Shown here: positions 1 through 13,924 of the stretch, one piece after another
Position numbering within the stretch: the first letter of the stretch is position 1
Layout: every line of letters starts with the position of its first letter
Assembly: GCA_026026165.1 (NCBI GenBank)
Contig: JAPEUD010000031.1
Coordinates: 186,001 to 239,303 of the forward strand
Source of the DNA: Sarea resinae
Lineage: Eukaryota
Length of the DNA stretch: 53,303 nucleotides
Direction: 5' to 3'
Made by a program: the position numbers and the translations under genes
Notes under the pieces: model-generated
What the model saw: only the letters and a program-made list of their open reading frames with translations
Databases searched by the model: none
Told to the model about the DNA's origin: nothing

Positions 1-663
1 CTAGACGGGTCATCAACACGCCGTCTGTAGAGTCGCATGAAATCAACTCACCTCTTTGTAGACAATGACATAGATCTTGACGCCCGCTTCTGCCTTGCGC
101 TTGAGGATCTGATCTAGACGCCATTCTTGGTTGTAATAAGGCGGGCGACGCAGGAACTGCTCCCGGTCAGCCGTCGTCGGACGAACAGCAGCGTGCAACG
201 TACCAGCTCCGGGGAAAGCCACCAGTCGGCGATATAGATGGTTTCTTTTGCTCTTTCGAGAGCGACCGAGACGGCCTATCCGACCGGGATGATGTCAGTT
301 GATCAGCCCTTTTGGCTTTTCGAGCGGCGGACTCACCCAAAAGTAATCCCTTCCGTCGACATACCACTTGATGTTGTTCCCGTCGCGCTCTGGCGCAAAT
401 GACTCGTATCGATGGCTTTGGGCGATCTTGGCGCGCTTGTCGTCGGTGACCTTCTCATGTTCCTCATCGTGTCGGTGGTTGGTATTGATCAGGTTGCCGA
501 ACTTGCCAATCTCATGCTTGAAATTGGACGCCTTGCTCTTGATGTCGTAAAGATGGGTATGCTTGAGCTTCTGACGCAGGTCTGGAAACGGATGCTGGAC
601 CTTGTCGCCGAGGGGTCGCTGCGGGTTGGAGGATTGCGCGGGGTCGGCGTCGTTGGAAGCCAT
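1..663 (-). CDS. Phospholipase D, 5' part (continues off the left edge; multi-exon)
   Basis: Spliced exons give MASNDAD...SFAPERDGNNIKWYVDGRDYFW|AVSVALERAKETIYIADWWLSPEL|FLRRPPYYNQEWRLDQILKRKAEAGVKIYVIVYKE, the conserved region preceding the first HKD motif of eukaryotic PLDs. GTGAGT/GTACGT donors are at the junctions. Confidence 0.9.
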
Positions 664-1030
664 GACGTCGTCTGGTCGCGGTTGCCTGCGTGCGCACCGG
701 GCGCGGGATGATGCCGTCAAGTGGACGAAACGAAGCGCTTCACTTAGACCAGAATGCCGGGCTGATCAGGAAAAGAGTGGTCGTGAGTGGTGTTGAGCAC
801 GAAGGAGGAATCAACAAGATGATGGGCTTATTACTGGGCTCTCGGGCTGTGTTGCTTACCTACCTTAAGGTATCAAGTAGGAAGTAGACGGGCATTCGTC
901 ATAACTTGTTTTCGGCAGGGCCTGATGCCCCTCGATCCTGCTCTCTCGTCTAAGACCGGGCAGGGCAGTCCTTTCACCCCACCTCGCCTGCCACACCCCC
1001 CCCAAGGACGAATACGAACATGCTGCGCCG

Positions 1031-1080
1031 TGCTGCCAATGCTGCCAATGCTGCCAATGCTGCCAATGCTGCCAATGCCA
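1031..1080. repeat. 9-bp tandem repeat (TGCTGCCAA)x~5 upstream of the PLD gene
   Basis: Directly visible: tgctgccaa tgctgccaa tgctgccaa tgctgccaa tgctgccaa tgcca. Confidence 0.9.
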
Positions 1081-1682
1081 CCAAATCTGCGTCTGACCAC
1101 CGTAAATAGATGAAAAGACTGCGAAAAGGCTCAAGGTGGGGCCATGATCGTCTTGGCCATTTCATCATGGCGCCGCTCCCGGCCCCGATGCAGACGGGGG
1201 GTGGGAGCGGCAAGGAGGGGTAAGGGCACACGACCAAACCGTCCGATTGGGTCCAGATCGCCCGATGCTCATGATCCTCGATCCGTGTTATGTAGACCAA
1301 GTACGGCAACCCCGTACTCCAGACCGCGGCCAAGGACAATCATACAAAGTATTCATTTGCAGTGATTTCACTGCTTGATCGATGCACGCACAATACCCCC
1401 CCGATAATTGGTCCAGAATACCCTACATGCTGTTTGCTGATCGTTCAAAACTCATTCATTGGTATTCTACAATGCAAGCTGGAAGCTATGGAAGCTAGCT
1501 ACGGCGAAAGCTTGAAGCGGCCCGGCGTTCGAGAATGCGGGCCTCCAGCGAAAAGGAAGGGTGCCATGGTAAATCACCAGAGCTCTTTCGGACCAAACTC
1601 CTGTCCGGCCAGCCATCCCATGGATGCCGGCCAGACGAGACAGACACGCAAATATACAAAGAACGCAGAGATCAGGAACCCG

Positions 1683-4600
1683 TCATCTCCCCCGGCTGCT
1701 CCTTCGGGTTGCAAAGTGAGACCCCAGAGATCTCGGACTCGTCGGAGTGAGCATTTGCGCGGGAGGCATGCCGATCTTCACCTCGCCGACTCTCCGAAGA
1801 AGCCCCTGCAGGGCGACTCGCACCTCCATGCCGAGATCTCGACCGAGCAGATCAACGGCCAGCGGATAAAAGGTCTCGATATGCTTCTCGAATCCCTCGC
1901 GGGGGAAGTTGGTGTAACCCTCCATGACATCCACCACAACTGGTCTCCACGCAACAATGTTCCGTTGCTGGGTCTCCTCGTCGAGCTGAATGTATCCACT
2001 GATGATGTCCGCGCAGAGCCTGATTGCATTAGTGAAAGATTAATAGAAGAGTACAGATGATACTTACGGTATCAGAGCAGCTTCGGTTTCGACTCGGCTT
2101 TTCTTCCGTTCCTCGCCTTCGTCATGATACATCCGAAGCAAGATACTCACATAGGTGGCTGCACTGCCGCTTTCTTGCTTCAACAGATTCGGCGGCTGCT
2201 TCATGAATCCCTCGCGCCAAAGACGCATGCGTAGCTCCTTGTTTCCGTTGAACCTTTTCGCAAACTGGAAACTTCCCTTGAGCAGGCCCATTAAACGTAG
2301 TAGCTCGGAACTGGGGATCCGATTATACACCGCGTCGTTGGAGAACAGCTCGTTTACCGTCTCGATAATCAGCAGCTGCAGAACACATCGGGTGATGATC
2401 TTGTTGAAGAACCGACGTCTAGCTGCAGTCACAACGACAGGCTGTTGCTGTAGGCCTGACTGCGGTCGGTAGTCTTCGAGTTCTGACGTCGCAGCTGTCG
2501 TCCCTGAACCATGGACGAAGGAGCTGGAGTCATCGGCTAGTACAGAAGTGTTACTATCCGTGTCCTCAGCTGTGACCACCGGCGAGGTCTTGGTCTGAGG
2601 AAGTCCATTGATACGCAGAGAATTCTCGTCTGGTGAACTGGAATGAGATCGCTCAATATGGCCCCCGTTGAGAGGAATGTCAGCAATGCTGGCACTGTCC
2701 GAACTTGGTAACTTATTTGTGATGCCTTCGGATATGGACGAAGAGTTCGCAGTGGTCGTTGCGGCGGAGAAGAGCTGATTTGCCGTTGTTCGGTCGAAAA
2801 GCTCAACGAACGCTCCCACAATCTTGCTCCAATCATCATCGTTGAATTTATCAACATTTTGCAGTATGAGCTGTTGCAGGCAATTACTTCCTATGCGAGC
2901 AATGGTGTCGTTTTCCTGGCAGATGCAGAGAATAAGAAGATCTAAAAAGCGACCCATCATGTATTCAAGTGACTCAAAGTAATGGGTGAACAAGGTGATC
3001 ATGTTCCGAAGTGCTTGGATCATTGTCGTCGAGAGCCAAACAGAGAGCTCTTCGTGGTTGAGCACTTTCGACATCTCGGACTTTGACCGAAGGACCATGA
3101 AGATTGGATAGAGTAGCTGTCGCCAGAGGATGTCCCAGAATTCAGGGGGAAAGCCGCCTCCGTAGTTGATGAGTGAGTCAAACAGATACCCAAGAGCCCT
3201 ATCAAAGGTCAGTGCTCAATACTTCGTCATCTAGATTGACAGATACATACCGAGATCTAACTTCTAAATCATCCCCGGTCATCAAGACGTCATGAAAAGC
3301 AAACAGAATAGGGAACCAATATTGCTCTTCTTGTGTCTGCTGCAGTGGTTGTTTTTGTGAGGCGGTGCTTCCGTGTCTTTCCTTGCCCGACTCGCTATCG
3401 GCCCGATGTGACAGTGGACATTCCGGAGTCTTGAGCATCTTTGGTATCGTTGACTTTAAGGTCTCGATGGCTTGGAGCGACTTCTTTTGGAACTTGGCGT
3501 TCTTGGAGAACTCTGTGAGACAGACGACTAGGTCGGCAAAGGCTCCCTGCGATATGACCACACCAAATCGCGTATTGTAGATTTGAGTCACATTGTCGAA
3601 CGCAAGATTCACGATTCCCTCTGCCGGATCGTGAGCTATATTGATATCAAGAAGAGCGGGCAGAGCTTACCATAAGGTTCTCTCGCAGCGACAGTAAAGA
3701 CGCCAAACATAGTCCGCCAACCGGAACGAATATTCTGTCCTCGCGCTTGGATCATTTGAATCAAGCATCGAAGAACCATATCCTTGACGGCGACGACTCC
3801 ACTGTTTGCCATGACGTGCTCAAAAGGCTTGAGGAAATCCTTCTGAAATTTGAAACCCGGCAATTCCTCGATTTCCATAAAGCGCATGGAAAGTTGACGC
3901 AAGGAGTTCAAAGCGAAGAAGACGACATGGGTATTCGTATGGCATCCGACTTGGTTGAAGTGTTCTCCAAGAACCTGCCATATATTGGTCCACTCAAACC
4001 TGACACGAGTCATATTGTAGCCACTGATCTCAACAAGCTTTTGGAGACTGAATGTCCTTGGGGAGTCGCTTTGTCCCGACGATTGAATCTCCTGCCAGCT
4101 GACTTCAGTCAAGGCGCGGACAAAGTAAACAATAGCAGTCCCAGAGAGATTTGCAGTGCTTGTGAATATCCGGTCCATTGCTTTGCTCATGTCGGTAGAC
4201 CTTGTCTCCTCCGCGATGTCCGTTTGGTATTGTGTATTGGTGTTGAGAGACTTTGGGCGGGGCCTCCTCTGTGCTTGAAAGGATCTACGAGACGAGGAGC
4301 TCTCCGTTCGTGAAGATGGTTGGATACGTGCTCTCGCGACGTCTGGGACGAAACCTTCATCAACTCCGGTGGCCAGGAGTTGGAAGCGATCGAGTTGACT
4401 GATGCAGGTGAGAATGTCTCTCCACGACTCCTTGAGAAGGTTGCCCTCATTCTGCGCGACCTCAAGCAGAGCCTTTAAAGCCTCGAGGTTCTTGGCCTTC
4501 ATCTCACTCAAATTATTCAGGTTCGTAAACTTGGCGAGCGCCGTTACAAAGGCTGTCCGCGGGGTCTCTAAATCGAAAAGACAAGCAATGCGAATCGCTA

Positions 4601-7600
4601 GCTTAATACCCTCCATGCACAATTTGATGGTCTCGAGGTTCTGCGTATCTTGTACCTGACCAGAGAGGCCAGAGAGGAAGGACATCCACGTTACCTCGAA
4701 CATTGGGCCAACGTGCTTGAACGATGTCGCGGGAATGAACTTCGATAGACTTGTTTTCGACGTGCTTCTCCGCTGAGCCCGTAGTAAGCTCTTGAACAAC
4801 TGCTCGGTCTTATTCGCCATCTCTTCTGATGCTTGAGCGTAAGCCTCTCTTTGGAGATCACGGCCGACGGTGGCCAATGCCTGGCCAATACCAGCGGCAA
4901 GCCCAGTAGAGGGCTGAACGAGCCCTAAAGCCGCTGCAGACTCCTTTTCGGTATTGAGAACAATTTCATTGCGTGATATCTCTTCAAAGATGCCACCTAG
5001 GTACTCATCCGGAAGATCCGCATTATCGTTGATGCCTCGGTTGTTCTTGATAAAGTCTTCCTTTTCCATTCGCTTCCCCTTCATCTTGCTGCTATGCTGA
5101 TCAGTGTTCAGCAAAATGACGGAATATGCAAGAATATAAGCCGTATCGGCGTTAGCAAAGGCGTTTGGATTTCCAGTGATGTATCGCTCGGCGAATTTCA
5201 GCATGAACCGATCAATTTTCTGAGCCTCGCCAGGGAGACGGAAGCTCTGCAGGAATCTCCTCAACGCATCGACGAAACGCATCCGCGTGAAGTCCATTTG
5301 GTCGACAAAGGCATGCATGGTGGCTATATTCTTAGGTTCTCCTTCTCCAAGGTATTCGCCGATCATGGCCTTATCAAGACGGTCATTCGCGAGTAAAAAT
5401 CGAGCAATATCCTCGGGGGTATCACTTTTGATGAAGCCCTCATCCAAAAGGGCTTTTATGCCTCGTTTTGGTTTGAAATTGAACTGCCTGATTCCATTCA
5501 TCAAGACAGTCTTTCGTTGCTTCGCCTTTTCGAGCTGGCTTGGATCATCCTCCAGCGGAATCGGTGTAGTTGCGGGCGTTTCTCCCTGAGACAGTTTCGG
5601 AGACGAAGTAGCGGGTATATGAGAAGCATCGAAAGAGTCTCGGGAATCTTCAACGGAGTTCCTGGAATCGGGTTCTCGGAACTTGGCCGTGGCGTCGGCA
5701 ATGCCTTGCTGAGACCAATTGACAAGCGAGCGGAGTGTTTCCACCAGGCAGTCTAAAGATTGCTGCTTCAGGGCATATTCGGCAGGATAGCTGTTTTCTT
5801 GCTCGTGGGGAGCAGAGATATTAACGGTCGACAAGGAAGGAGGAAGTGTCCCCCGGTGTTGCCAATCGTTAGCGGAGCCGGCGATCTTGACATGCTGTTC
5901 CTGGTACTGTTGTTGCTGCAGGGCCGTAACTGCCACTGATGTACTTGAGATCCGGGAGAGATGCTCAATGACCCTGATAGATATTAGCATACGACGCTCG
6001 GTCCAGAGACGGCACCACAGACCTTTGAAACATGTTGTCAAGCGCCGTTCTATCACAATCATAGTTGAGGTACATCTCAACCAGAGCACGCGGATCGGCA
6101 CAGAGTCGTTCAAGCACGCCCATGAGATACTGCTTCTGAAACATTGGGGCATTTCGTTTATCAAGAATGGCAAGATAGATCTCTTTTAAGAAAACTTCCA
6201 CCTCTTTCTGAAGTCGTTGTCAGCATTGGTACTCCTCTCATTCAAGGATCTGACTTACCTTCAGCATAACTCTCAGATGCTTTAGCATCAGCCAGAATAT
6301 CTCGCAGCTGACTTCAAATACTCGACTGACGGAGCTACCTCCATTTCGACTCAAGCTCAGACAGAGGTATTGCTTAATCGCTTGCACAAAGCTCGTAGGA
6401 TCGCTACTGCTGCTGCTACGAATGGTGGCAAGCGGGGACGTGAAGACGATGATGTTGTTGTGAATTATGGTGTGCAGAAGATGAAGGGAAAGGAGCTTCG
6501 ATCGCATGCCCTGTGATTTGATATCTTGAAACTGCTCCGCTGGCAGGGTTTTGGTGCTAAGCTTGCACATCGCTCGGAAGACAAGGAAGGCATCCTTGAT
6601 ATATACCTCGTCTTCTTCTTCCTCTTCTGCATGGTCGCGATTCTCGGCGTCCGTGGGTCCTTCGGAAGAAGATGGATGGTGCGCCGATGCACCGCCAACC
6701 GTTTTTCGACGTCCCTTTATTCTTGTCACCATCGTGGGAGAATTGTCGTGAATCTTATCATCATCGAAACTCTTTCTGTTCTCGAAGCTTTGTAGCGTAA
6801 TCTTCTCGGTTGGCTCTTTGTGCCCAATTGGAGCTAATTCTGACGCAGCATCACCTTCGGCCTCTCCATCCTTTTCTCCGTTGACTTCTGTCGAGCCGAG
6901 AGCTGAACTGCTCCCATTGAGATTGGTCTCGCTACCGTCGAGAGTATCCCTATCGAGAGAGAGCTTGGAGAGATTGAGCCGAGACTCTTTCATCGAAATC
7001 CGTGTCTTTACTCGTTCGAAGACCGTTCCTACCATCTGAGTCAATGTCCCCTGGGAAACCTGCTGATTGGCGCTTGACTTTGAGTGGAGGAAGATGTTAT
7101 ATGTTTGCCGGACTGCCTTCAGCAGGCCAGCACCATGCACGACAATCTTGTCGTTGAGGACAGCCGCCAGTAGAGACTTGACAATCTGCAACTGCACCTC
7201 GGGTGGAGTGGCTTCATCCTGGAAACAATCGCATATTGTATCGATGGCGCGCTCGATCAGCGGCGCCCTCTGTCGGCCAGTGGTTGGCGTTGAGGGATCC
7301 GACTCGGGGCTGACAGAGAAATAGGAGTAAGTGATCAGTTTGCTGATGCAGTCGAGAGCTGCCGTGACCAGGGGAACATTGGGACTCTCCGTGGCCAATC
7401 GCAGCGGCTCGAAGATAATCTCGGGGTCGGTGGCATGAAGATCCCCTTGCCCCTTGATTGCAGTCAAAGCATGCTGCGTCGCATCGCCCAGTGGTTTTCT
7501 CTTTCGGGCATCCTTGGAATTTGCGATGGTCTCCAGCGCCGACACGACAAAGACCTTGGAGCTGATCACAGATGATCGGTGTGTACCATTCGTGGCGACC

Positions 7601-8103
7601 GTCGCGCCTGATCCCGATCGCTGGCGCACATGCGATCCGGGCAAAGCGCTGCCACTGAAGTTGCGAGAAGATCTCCCGCCATGAGAACTCGACGGCGGTG
7701 TTCCTTCGGGGATTGCTTCTGAAATTCTCGGACTTGATTCAAATGGCTGCTGGGACGTGTTCTCTTCTATCGGAGGCAGGGAGATGGTTGGAGTATCTAT
7801 CGACGTATTTGGAGCGACGGCGTCGGCCGACTGTCGAGGATTGTCCTCATCAGGGGGCGCGGCAGGCAGATGGTCACCATTTGGAGCTGTCTCAGCTTCG
7901 CCCACGCTCTCGGCGGGTTCAGGGCCATCTGCACCACCCGCTGCATGATCCTCCACCTGGATCTCCTGCCATTGGTGTGCCGTACTCAGAGCATCTTTGT
8001 CCTCTTGGAGATTTATCGTGGGGTCCGACGAAATGTGTTCTCGATCACCCCCCTCGGAGATCGACACCTGTTCCTTGGGAAGGGTGTGCTCGACTTCGGC
8101 CAT
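1683..8103 (-). CDS. SEC7: Arf guanine-nucleotide exchange factor Sec7 (BIG-type), multi-exon
   Basis: Collinear ORFs 6238-8103, 5965-6201, 3636-6173, 3202-3612, 2064-3098 and 1683-1937. They contain the DCB region, the HUS box (YLNYDCD), the Sec7 domain with the glutamic finger FRLPGEAQKIDRFM and AYSVILLNTDQH, the HDS regions (NIRSGW, ARIGSNCLQQL) and the C-terminal PNLLKQE. Confidence 0.97.
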
Positions 8104-8447
8104 TGCCTAGATGCGGGCCAACGTGCCCATGGAAGATTCGCAGCAGAGAGAGGTCAAGGGCAACGCATGACAGAGTCTCAATCAAGGATGGCAATGGTCG
8201 TCAGCTGTGATCGGAGGGGTCTCGAGTCGCAAGATACTGCAAGCTTCTTGTCCTGAATGTCAACTTGCAAGCTGTTTTGATGGTTCTCGACGGATGCGTA
8301 AGCGGACGAGAGCGAATACGGTATACCAATTCGTACCAACTTACCGAACCTGATCGTGCGACTTGTCCCGATTCGGAGCTCCGACCATGAATTTCCCGAA
8401 GAGGAAAATAAGACTCGTGGATACAACATAATAATAATAATATTCAC

Positions 8448-8480
8448 AAGAGAGAGAGAGAGAGAGAGAGATAGAGAGAG
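8448..8480. repeat. (GA)n microsatellite in the SEC7 upstream region
   Basis: agagagagagagagagagagagatagagagag. Confidence 0.85.
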
Positions 8481-10094
8481 CGCTCTGCGCCGTGTTCAAA
8501 TTGCCTTCCTCTACGGCCCGTGGACTTCGGGATACGACTACGACTCTCGCTCTCAGACTATCATAAAGGAATGGATGGCCCTCAAGAGGACTGGGAATGA
8601 CGTCGTCTTTGATGGGAGCCCAGCCTTGCAGTGGCTTGAAGAGACGGGAGTTATCAGATGGCGCTCTTGGGCGAATGAAACGGGAAGACCTAGCCCAGCA
8701 TTGGACTGGACCGACGTAGCCACGAGGTTTGAAGCCGATAGATAGTAGAATGTGATGAGGTTCTTTGAGAAGAACTTTGGGACTTGGGCATGGCTACGAG
8801 ATTCGTCTCAGAGCCCTGGAGATCAGTGAGAGATCACGAGCTGTCGTGGCCAGTTGCATGAGAGAGGTACGAAGTACTACGTAGTACGTAGTAAGTACGA
8901 GAGCAATGGCGTCTCTCGGCGTTTTGGACAGACGACGAGTACCATGAGTAGGGATACGGGTAAGTCGTACCGATTCAAGAGAGATGATGAGACTGCGCAG
9001 ATGTGGTCTTCGGCCTGCAGAAGCACCGCTGGCTGAAGTGCCCTGATGAATCCATCCATGGAAATGAGCCCGAGGATGAAGTGAGTGCTGGCTAGTTCAA
9101 CGACAGTGGAGCAGAGCCACGGACTCGACTCAGGTAGGTAAGGTAAGATGCATTTAGGCAAAGTGCACTCCAGCTGCCAAGGGCTACGGCTTCCAGAAGC
9201 ACCTGAGAACGCGCGGATCGAATACGGCGACCATCAAGTCGGCGCCGATGCATTTCGTCTTTCCTGGGCTCTACTATGTAAGCTGGAGGTTTCTTCTGGG
9301 CTTGACCACTGAAGTACGAAGACGTCCAGCTCCAAGGCTTCAGCTGCGACTTCCATCGGTACCGAGGTACCTACTTTGGGTAACGTTACTTCAGGTGACG
9401 ACCGTACAGAGTACGTACTCCCTGCGGAAGTGCCAGTCACAAGCCCTTCCCTTCCCTTCCCTTCCGTGGAGTCCGTACTCCGTACCCCGTCGAGCTCGCT
9501 GCCGTCGAGCTCCGTCGAGCGACAGGTACTTGCTCTCCACCATAGATCACTACGACTCGTCAGGTCACTCTTGAAAACCCGGAATAACCTGCTCCACTAG
9601 ACCTGACCCTCTAGCCTGAACGGCATTAACGCCCCCCGTCGAACCCTGCCGCTGAGAGGTACTCGGGACAGTGTACGAGTAGTCAGGTCGAAGTACTCCG
9701 TAGTACTATGAGAACGAGTAGTGACTGATAGTAGAGGCTACTCCGTAGAGGTCGCCAGTCTCGCCAGTCTCGCCAGTCTCCCCATTCTGCTGCCCCCGTC
9801 TCAACACTCGACGCTCGACGAACCGCTCCGCGTTCTTCTTCCCCCGGACGGCGACCCTTCTTCCGGCATCAAGCGGCAGCGAACGATCAGAAGGCAATCA
9901 CCTGTCATCCTCCACTTCTTCTCCGCGTCCTCCACCATCTCTACTAATCCCCCTCATTCCCCCTTCCCCGACCGGAGCCTGAGACTGAGACTGAGACTGC
10001 CCGTCCTCGCTGCTTCCTCCCTCATCCTCATCATTCTCATCGTCCTCCTCCATCCTTCTTTCCCTCGTCCGTGAAAGCATCAGAATCCGTCGCG

Positions 10095-11786
10095 ATGTCT
10101 TTGGCGCCGATGATCGCGCGCACCTCCGCGAGGTCATGCCTCCGCTATCCGGTGAGCTGCAGGGCCGCCTACGCTGTGTCTCAATCGAAGAATGTCATCT
10201 CGTACGTTGGGCCCGATCCGCTCGTGGTTGAGGATGGTCAATGGCTGACGGTGATGGCGCTGCAGAAGAAATATGCCTGCTCTTTCGGGCTTGGCGAGAT
10301 ACTACGCATCCAAATGTTGGTTTCTCTCCTCGATGGCCACCATCGCGTTCTCGGCGGATTACGAGCTGTGAGGGCTAATCCATTCTCTAGCTTTCCCTCC
10401 CCACACCATCGTCAGCATGCCCGCACTGTCGCCAACCATGACGGCTGGAAACATTGGGACATGGCAGAAGAAACCGGGCGACACACTCGCACCCGGAGAT
10501 GTGCTGGTGGAGATCGAGACGGATAAAGCTCAGATGGACTTTGAATTCCAAGAAGAGGGTGTCCTCGCCAAGATCTTGAAAGAAGCCGGCGAGAAAGACG
10601 TGCCCGTGGGGAACGTAAGCATCGGCCGCTCCGATACCGCTAGTGATTGCTGCTAACGTATACCCAGCCAATTGCTGTCCTTGTCGAAGAGGGGGCAGAT
10701 GTCGCTCCCTTCGAGTCATTCACCTTGGAGGATGCTGGTGGTGACAAGACAGCCCCAAAAGAGGCCCCGAAGGAGGAAGCTTCCGCGTCGTCGGAGCCCC
10801 CCAAGACGGGATCTGCGACCGCTCCTCCACCACCAAAAGAAGAGGCACCAGCACCAGCACCCGCTGAGTCCGAGTCGACGGGTGGACGATTGGAGACCTC
10901 TTTGGACCGATTGCCCAAGCTCGGCGCGAAAGCCAAGGCCCTGGCACTCGAGAAGGGCGTGCCAATCAGTGAACTCAAGGGCACCGGCAAGAATGGTCAA
11001 ATCACCGTTGAAGACGTTGAGAAGTACAAGCCGGCCGCTGCAGCCGCCGGTCCCGTCTCCGCAGCTGCTGGTCCAAGCTACGAGGACATTCCCGCAAGCT
11101 CAATGAGAAAGACAATTGCGAACCGGCTCGTCCAGTCGTTCAACCAGAACCCCCACTACTTCGTCTCGGCCACCATCTCGGTCAGTAAGCTCCTGAAGCT
11201 CCGTGAAGCACTCAACGCCGCATCGGCCGGTAAGTACAAGCTCTCCGTCAACGACTTCCTGGTCAAGGCATCCGCCGTCGCCTGCCGCAAGATCCCAGCG
11301 GTCAACTCGAGCTGGCGCGAAGTGGACGGTCAGACCGTCATCCGTCAACACAACACGGTGGACGTTAGCGTTGCCGTAGCCACCCCCGTTGGTTTGATGA
11401 CCCCCATTGTCAAGAATGTCGAGGGTCTCGGCCTCGAGAGCATCTCCGCGCAGATCAAGGAGCTCGGTAAGCGCGCCCGCGACGGCAAGCTCAAGCCCGA
11501 GGAATACCAGGGTGGCACTTTCACCATCAGCAACATGGGCATGAACCCCGCTATTGACCGCTTCACCGCTGTCATCAACCCCCCGCAAGCCGGCATTCTG
11601 GCTGTCGGTACTACGAAGAAGGTCGCCATCCCGGTCGAGACTGAAGATGGCACTGGCGTTGAGTGGGATGACCAGATTGTGGTGACGGGCAGCTTCGACC
11701 ACAAGGTTGTGGATGGTGCCGTGGGTGGCGACTGGGTCCGGGAATTCAAGAAGGTGGTCGAGAACCCGTTGGAGCTGTTGCTGTAA
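10095..11786 (+). CDS. LAT1: Dihydrolipoamide acetyltransferase, pyruvate dehydrogenase E2, mitochondrial (multi-exon)
   Basis: Arg/Ser-rich presequence [18 protein letters not shown], lipoyl domain [14 protein letters not shown]...[12 protein letters not shown], Ala/Pro linker, E3-binding [13 protein letters not shown], catalytic [10 protein letters not shown] and [12 protein letters not shown]. Confidence 0.97.
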
Positions 11787-12511
11787 TCTGTTGCATATGT
11801 CCTGCATGCGCGGGTTTTTTTCGTATTTGAGCGAAGAAGAGAAAAGAGATTGGGCGTGTGTGTGTGCGGTGAGGGAGGGGGGAGTGTGCTTTCATGCATG
11901 ATGTACAATGTTCCTTTTTCCCTTTTGATTTTCTTTTCGAACTTCTCTCTAGACACCTCATCTTTCCGGCCCTCACCTATCCTCATACCTACTTTTAAGT
12001 CTCTCAAGAAGTATCTATCAAATGATATATCAATCGGGATTGATCTGTTACCTCTCTTCAGGTACCGAAATTGCGCGGTGCAGCATGGATTTACGCCGTT
12101 TTGACTCGAATGATTGGATGCTTGACATACGAATGCTGCGATATACAAGAGCGTTGACATCGTGGGAGTTGTCAACAGCGACGCGTATATCACCAGTCAA
12201 GATGCACGCACGAAATCATCCGGCAGATCATATGAGACGCTCAGCGCAACAAATTGAACTCAAGTAGAATTCAAGATCGACTGTGCGTTATTATCTACAT
12301 GTTCGAGCATGCACCCAGTTCAATACCAAACGACCGAGAAGCCAAGTACCAAGGGACTAGAAGTCAAACACACGAAAAATAATAGTCTGATGGCGAAACG
12401 CTGGATCGTGAGGAAAGTATCTCTCCAAGCTGGATGACGAGAATGGGCTCTGAGAAATCTTCCTTCAGAGGATTTTCATGACGCCTAAAAGATGATCTCG
12501 TAAGGAGGCCG

Positions 12512-13406
12512 CTACACGCTGGGGAAATACTTGCGATTGAACTCGTCCACGACAGCTCTTGTCGCTTTGATAATGTCCACACAGCCCGGGGAATCCGAAT
12601 GGCAGCAGATGGATATGTCATGGTCGCCCACCGGAAGCTCGACGGTGCTGCCATCGACGGACGTCACCGACGATGTCTCCACTTGCTGGCGAACATGCCT
12701 CGTCACATCCTCGGTCTTCCAGGGTCTACACTCGTTAGCCTACAGCGTCTGCTCCAGACATGTCCAGCTCGGCCTACTTCTTCTTCCTGTCGATGACCAA
12801 GGTTGCGTCCGAGTTATACTTGACATCCCCGTACAGCTCTGCCACAAACGGAATCCCGAGCTCCTTGGCCACCTGCTCGTGGAAAGTCCCCGCCAGCCCA
12901 AAGACCGGTATCCCCTCCGGTATGCCCAGCATGACCGCCTTGCAGATATCGTAGTCTCGATACATCATCCCGTACAAGACGCCGTGCGGTTTGACATGGT
13001 GGAGCTCCATGCCCTCGGCATCGAGAAAGCCCTTGAGCGCGCCGACCTGGTAGATGATGTTGCTCGTGTGCTCTTCCGGCGTCAGCTTCATCTCTCGTCG
13101 CCCGAATCCTTGCACATCAGGCAGGCCGGGATGCGCGCCGACGACGATGTTGTGCGCCTTGCAGTTCCGCACCGTCTCGCGCATGATCAGAGGGTCCCTG
13201 AGGAAGGCAGCGCAGTGCAGCGCATCGCATGAGAATTGGACCCGAATCATCTCTGGCTCTGCAGGTACTCACGACGCGTGGAAACCACATGCCACATTCG
13301 CTTGATCGATCAATGGGAGAAGCTCCAGGTCTGGCCCGCAGACAAAGTTCCCATATCCTTCGCCCAGGTCCACGTTGATGTGGACTTTGGTCTTGATGGG
13401 GCCCAT
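12512..13406 (-). CDS. lamB: LamB/YcsF-family protein (PxpA, 5-oxoprolinase subunit A-like; lactam utilisation), 3 exons
   Basis: [44 protein letters not shown] and SICCHSDSP are LamB/YcsF motifs. Two GT-AG introns join ORFs 13269-13487, 12774-13250 and 12512-12706. Confidence 0.92.
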
Positions 13407-13924
13407 GATAGGAGATGCTGTGCAGGCGTATAGGAGCGAATTGATGGTAGATGAGAGCAAAGTACGCAGAGAATCTTTATGTATCAACCCATGGTGCCAT
13501 CATGTGTGTCAACGATCGTTCATACTCGCGCGTCATCTTTGCTCCCTTGGAGAGGTGGAGAGGCGGAGATAGCGCTGCGGAGACGACCCCGGTACGACTG
13601 CAAGGATCTTGATCCACGAATTGATAATGGATCGCTGATCGTCTCTCGGCTACAGACGCCATCCAACATCTGCCCCGAAACATGTTGCTTATCGGGACGG
13701 GTCTAGAGGCGGCACGGCCAATGCATAACATAAGCTGTCGCAAGATGGTGTGAGAAAAGCAAAGCAACGGCGTGAAATATGGTGGTCTGACAGAGGTCTC
13801 AAGTCTGTGCGGGGTTTGCAGTGCGCTGTCTTTCTTTTCGAACGTGGGATCGTCATGGCCGCCCAGATGGCTCGTGGCCTTTGTCCAGTCGCATTGTTGA
13901 CTATTCGGGAATGCGGTTGAGATC

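Noticed and set aside
865..1339. ORFs with WQHWQH, GSIGSI, LPMLPM or ALAALA repeats
   Set aside because: All are translations of the 9-bp noncoding tandem repeat.
1362..2060. 232-aa plus-strand ORF
   Set aside because: Antisense to the last SEC7 exon and its 3' region; no recognisable motifs.
11100..12193. Long minus-strand ORFs (235 and 282 aa)
   Set aside because: Antisense shadows of the GC-biased LAT1 coding sequence.
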